Of a stretch of 64,000 nt of DNA, positions 61,872-64,000 are shown in pieces (position 1 is the first letter of the stretch; every line of letters begins with the position of its first letter). This DNA is from an uncultured Spartobacteria bacterium (lineage in GTDB: Bacteria > Verrucomicrobiota > Verrucomicrobiia > Chthoniobacterales > Chthoniobacteraceae): positions 29,828 through 93,827 of the forward strand of contig CAIURC010000078.1 in NCBI GenBank assembly GCA_903901425.1, in the 5' to 3' direction. Both the position numbers and the translations under genes were made by a program. Below the pieces are notes generated by a model that made no database searches, had not been told where the DNA came from, and saw only the letters and a program-made list of their open reading frames with translations.

Positions 61872-64000
61872 ATGCCTACAAAAAAGAAGATTGTGATTCT
61901 TGGGACCGGAGTGGGTGCGATGAGCGCCGCTGCGTCTCTGACCAGCAAGCCCGGTTGGCAGGATGAATACGACATCACCGTGTACCAGATGGGCTGGCGG
62001 TGTGGAGGAAAGGGTGCCAGTGGCCGGAACCAGGCGGCAGGCAACCGGATCGAGGAGCACGGCCTCCACATCTGGATCGGTTTCTATCTCAATGCATTTG
62101 GACTGATGAAGGACGCATGTGATGCGCTCCGCGGTCTCGGTGTGCAACAGCCCTTTTGGCAGATGGAAAACCTTTTCCGGACGGAGGCGGTTGACGGATG
62201 TCAGTTCAACGCGGTCCAAGAGTGGGTGGACGGAAACTGGCGGAGCTGGGTCATCCGGTTTCCCGTGGACGAGTCTGCCCCGCCTTGGAAGGCGCGCGAA
62301 TTGACGCCAACGGTCCATGAGTTCATCCAGCGGATTCTCGCGTTTCTGAAAGCATATCTGAACGAGCATCCCGGTCTCGAGGCAATCAGCCAGGTGGTCT
62401 TCGGCGGTCCGCTCTGGAGTGGTCTTGAGCACATTGCCCACCGGATTTTCGGTGCCTTTACCGGCCCCGGAAGCAGCGCGGGACTATTCGGCGAATTCAC
62501 GGCGGCGCTCACGGCGCTGGTTGCGAGCCCACTCCGGCACGAAGACCTCGCCGCAGCCAAGTCAGGCGAGGAAAATTTACTTGGGAAAATGGACGCCTTG
62601 GCCGACTTGGTTCGGCCGGTCATGAAGGCCGCCGCGCACATCAGCGACGATGCGCGTCGCCTCTATATGGTGGTGGACTTGGGAATGGCGGTTGTGCGCG
62701 GTCTGGTGCACGACGAGGTCTTTCAGAAGGGATACGATTCCATCGACCACATCGAGTACCGCGCATGGCTCTCCAAGTGGGGGGCAGCCGAGGAATCAGT
62801 GAACTCTGCCCTTGTCCGCGCCTTGTACGACCTCGCTTTCGGGTTTGAAGACGGCTCGGTCAGTAAACCCAACATGGCAGCGGGTGTCGCCGTCCGGTCC
62901 ATGCTCAGAATCCTGCTCGACTTCAGGGGCGCTGTCTTTTGGAAGATGCAGGCGGGGATGGGTGACACGATTTTTGCCCCTTTGTACACGCTTCTGGAGA
63001 AGCGCGGTGTCCGGTTTAAATTCTTCCACCGGGTTGAGGAAGTCTGTCTCGGCAGCGATGGCCGGAGTGTGGGCAGGATCCGGATGAACATCCAGGCAAC
63101 GGTAAAGAACGGTGGCGCATACCAGCCGCTGTTCGATGCGCAGGGGACCGGGACTCCGTATCCGATCCCGAGCTGGCCCTCGGCGCCTTTCTACGACCAG
63201 TTGGAGGAAGGCGTGGCGCTTGAGGCGGGCAAGATCAACCTCGAATCGGCATGGACCGACTGGCCTGGCGTCGGCTCACTGGAGTTGGAGCAGGGCAGAG
63301 ATTTCGACCTTGTGGTGCTCGGGATCCCTGTGGGGGCGCTGGGGAAACTCACGCCCACGCTGTGCGAGGCTTCTGCCCCGTGGAAGGCGATGTGCACGGA
63401 GCTCAAGACCGTGCAGACCCAAGCCTGCCAGCTTTGGGTGAAGGATACCGTGCAAGAACTCGGATGGAACGATCCCGGAGTGGTTATGGACGCGTATGCC
63501 GAGAACCTCGACACGTGGGCGGACATGAGCCACCTGATTCCGCGGGAGTCTTGGCCGGAACGGTTGAGGCCAGGAAGCATCGCGTATTTCTGCGGGGTGC
63601 TGGAGGATTCTCCAACAAAGCCACCCGCTGTGCCAGATCCGGCGTATCCCAGAGCACAGGCCGAGCGGGTAAAGAACATGGCCGTCCAATGGATCACATC
63701 GAACACGGCGCATCTCTGGCCAAAAGCCGCAGTGCCGCTGAATCCAGCCGGGTTCGACTGGAACAAGCTGGTGGATCCTGCGGAACGAGAGGGTGTTGCC
63801 CGGTTTGATTCACAGTACTGGCGGGCAAATATCGATCCGACGGAGCGGTATGTGCTCTCGCTAACTGGGCAGACCCAGTACCGGCTCAGGGCCGACCGAT
63901 CGGGGTTTGAGAACCTGTTTCTTGCAGGGGACTGGACCTACACGGGGCTGAACGTGGGCTGTGTCGAAGCCGGGGTCATGTCGGGGATGCGTGCATCCAA
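61872..64000 (+). CDS. large FAD/NAD(P)-binding oxidoreductase (amine-oxidase/phytoene-desaturase fold), 3' end outside window
   Basis: Hand-translated in the frame of ATG 61872, with no stop to position 64000. Absent from the track because it is unterminated. 'KKIVILGTGVGAMSAA', 'GWRCGGKGASGRN..IEEHGLHIWIGFY', '...LFLAGDWTYTGLNVGCVEAGVMSGMRAS'. Confidence 0.75.
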   Translation, partial: MPTKKKIVILGTGVGAMSAAASLTSKPGWQDEYDITVYQMGWRCGGKGASGRNQAAGNRIEEHGLHIWIGFYLNAFGLMKDACDALRGLGVQQPFWQMENLFRTEAVDGCQFNAVQEWVDGNWRSWVIRFPVDESAPPWKARELTPTVHEFIQRILAFLKAYLNEHPGLEAISQVVFGGPLWSGLEHIAHRIFGAFTGPGSSAGLFGEFTAALTALVASPLRHEDLAAAKSGEENLLGKMDALADLVRPVMKAAAHISDDARRLYMVVDLGMAVVRGLVHDEVFQKGYDSIDHIEYRAWLSKWGAAEESVNSALVRALYDLAFGFEDGSVSKPNMAAGVAVRSMLRILLDFRGAVFWKMQAGMGDTIFAPLYTLLEKRGVRFKFFHRVEEVCLGSDGRSVGRIRMNIQATVKNGGAYQPLFDAQGTGTPYPIPSWPSAPFYDQLEEGVALEAGKINLESAWTDWPGVGSLELEQGRDFDLVVLGIPVGALGKLTPTLCEASAPWKAMCTELKTVQTQACQLWVKDTVQELGWNDPGVVMDAYAENLDTWADMSHLIPRESWPERLRPGSIAYFCGVLEDSPTKPPAVPDPAYPRAQAERVKNMAVQWITSNTAHLWPKAAVPLNPAGFDWNKLVDPAEREGVARFDSQYWRANIDPTERYVLSLTGQTQYRLRADRSGFENLFLAGDWTYTGLNVGCVEAGVMSGMRAS

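Overview
High-GC (roughly 60-65% by eye) chromosomal segment that is almost fully coding. I call about 48 protein genes and one tRNA-Ser(GGA). I found no rRNA, CRISPR array, transposase, integrase or phage structural genes. Gene content suggests a PVC-superphylum organism, most likely Verrucomicrobiota. This is an inference from a DUF1592/DUF1552 pair, a GldG/DUF4340 ABC module, giant Ser/Thr kinases and many lipoproteins. All calls rest on motif recognition in the supplied translations; no similarity search was run. Many long ORFs in the track are antisense shadows typical of high-GC DNA and were discarded. Several track ORFs were trimmed to internal ATG starts that give signal peptides or ATGA/GTGA start-stop overlaps. 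One long gene (61872 to the window end) is missing from the track because it has no stop, so I translated it by hand. Housekeeping genes include htpG, thiL, tsaE, sppA, a pabB-like gene, class I fumarase and a YebC-family regulator. The most interesting candidates are listed here. (1) A 1779-aa Ser/Thr kinase-STAND ATPase-GAF-class III cyclase protein, followed closely by an acetoacetate-decarboxylase-fold protein and a large FAD oxidoreductase. (2) A NERD nuclease-SF1 helicase fusion gene. (3) An ABC ATPase paired with an 843-aa permease that ends in a complete CPBP/Abi intramembrane protease. (4) A lower-GC class II Fic gene with a nested palindrome in its leader. (5) A five-gene envelope lipoprotein operon (LpoB-like/YcfL-like/COG3014-like/PEGA). 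(6) A DUF350-DUF1190-ATP-grasp (YjfL/YjfM/YjfC-like) module. None of these can be shown to be novel without database searches.
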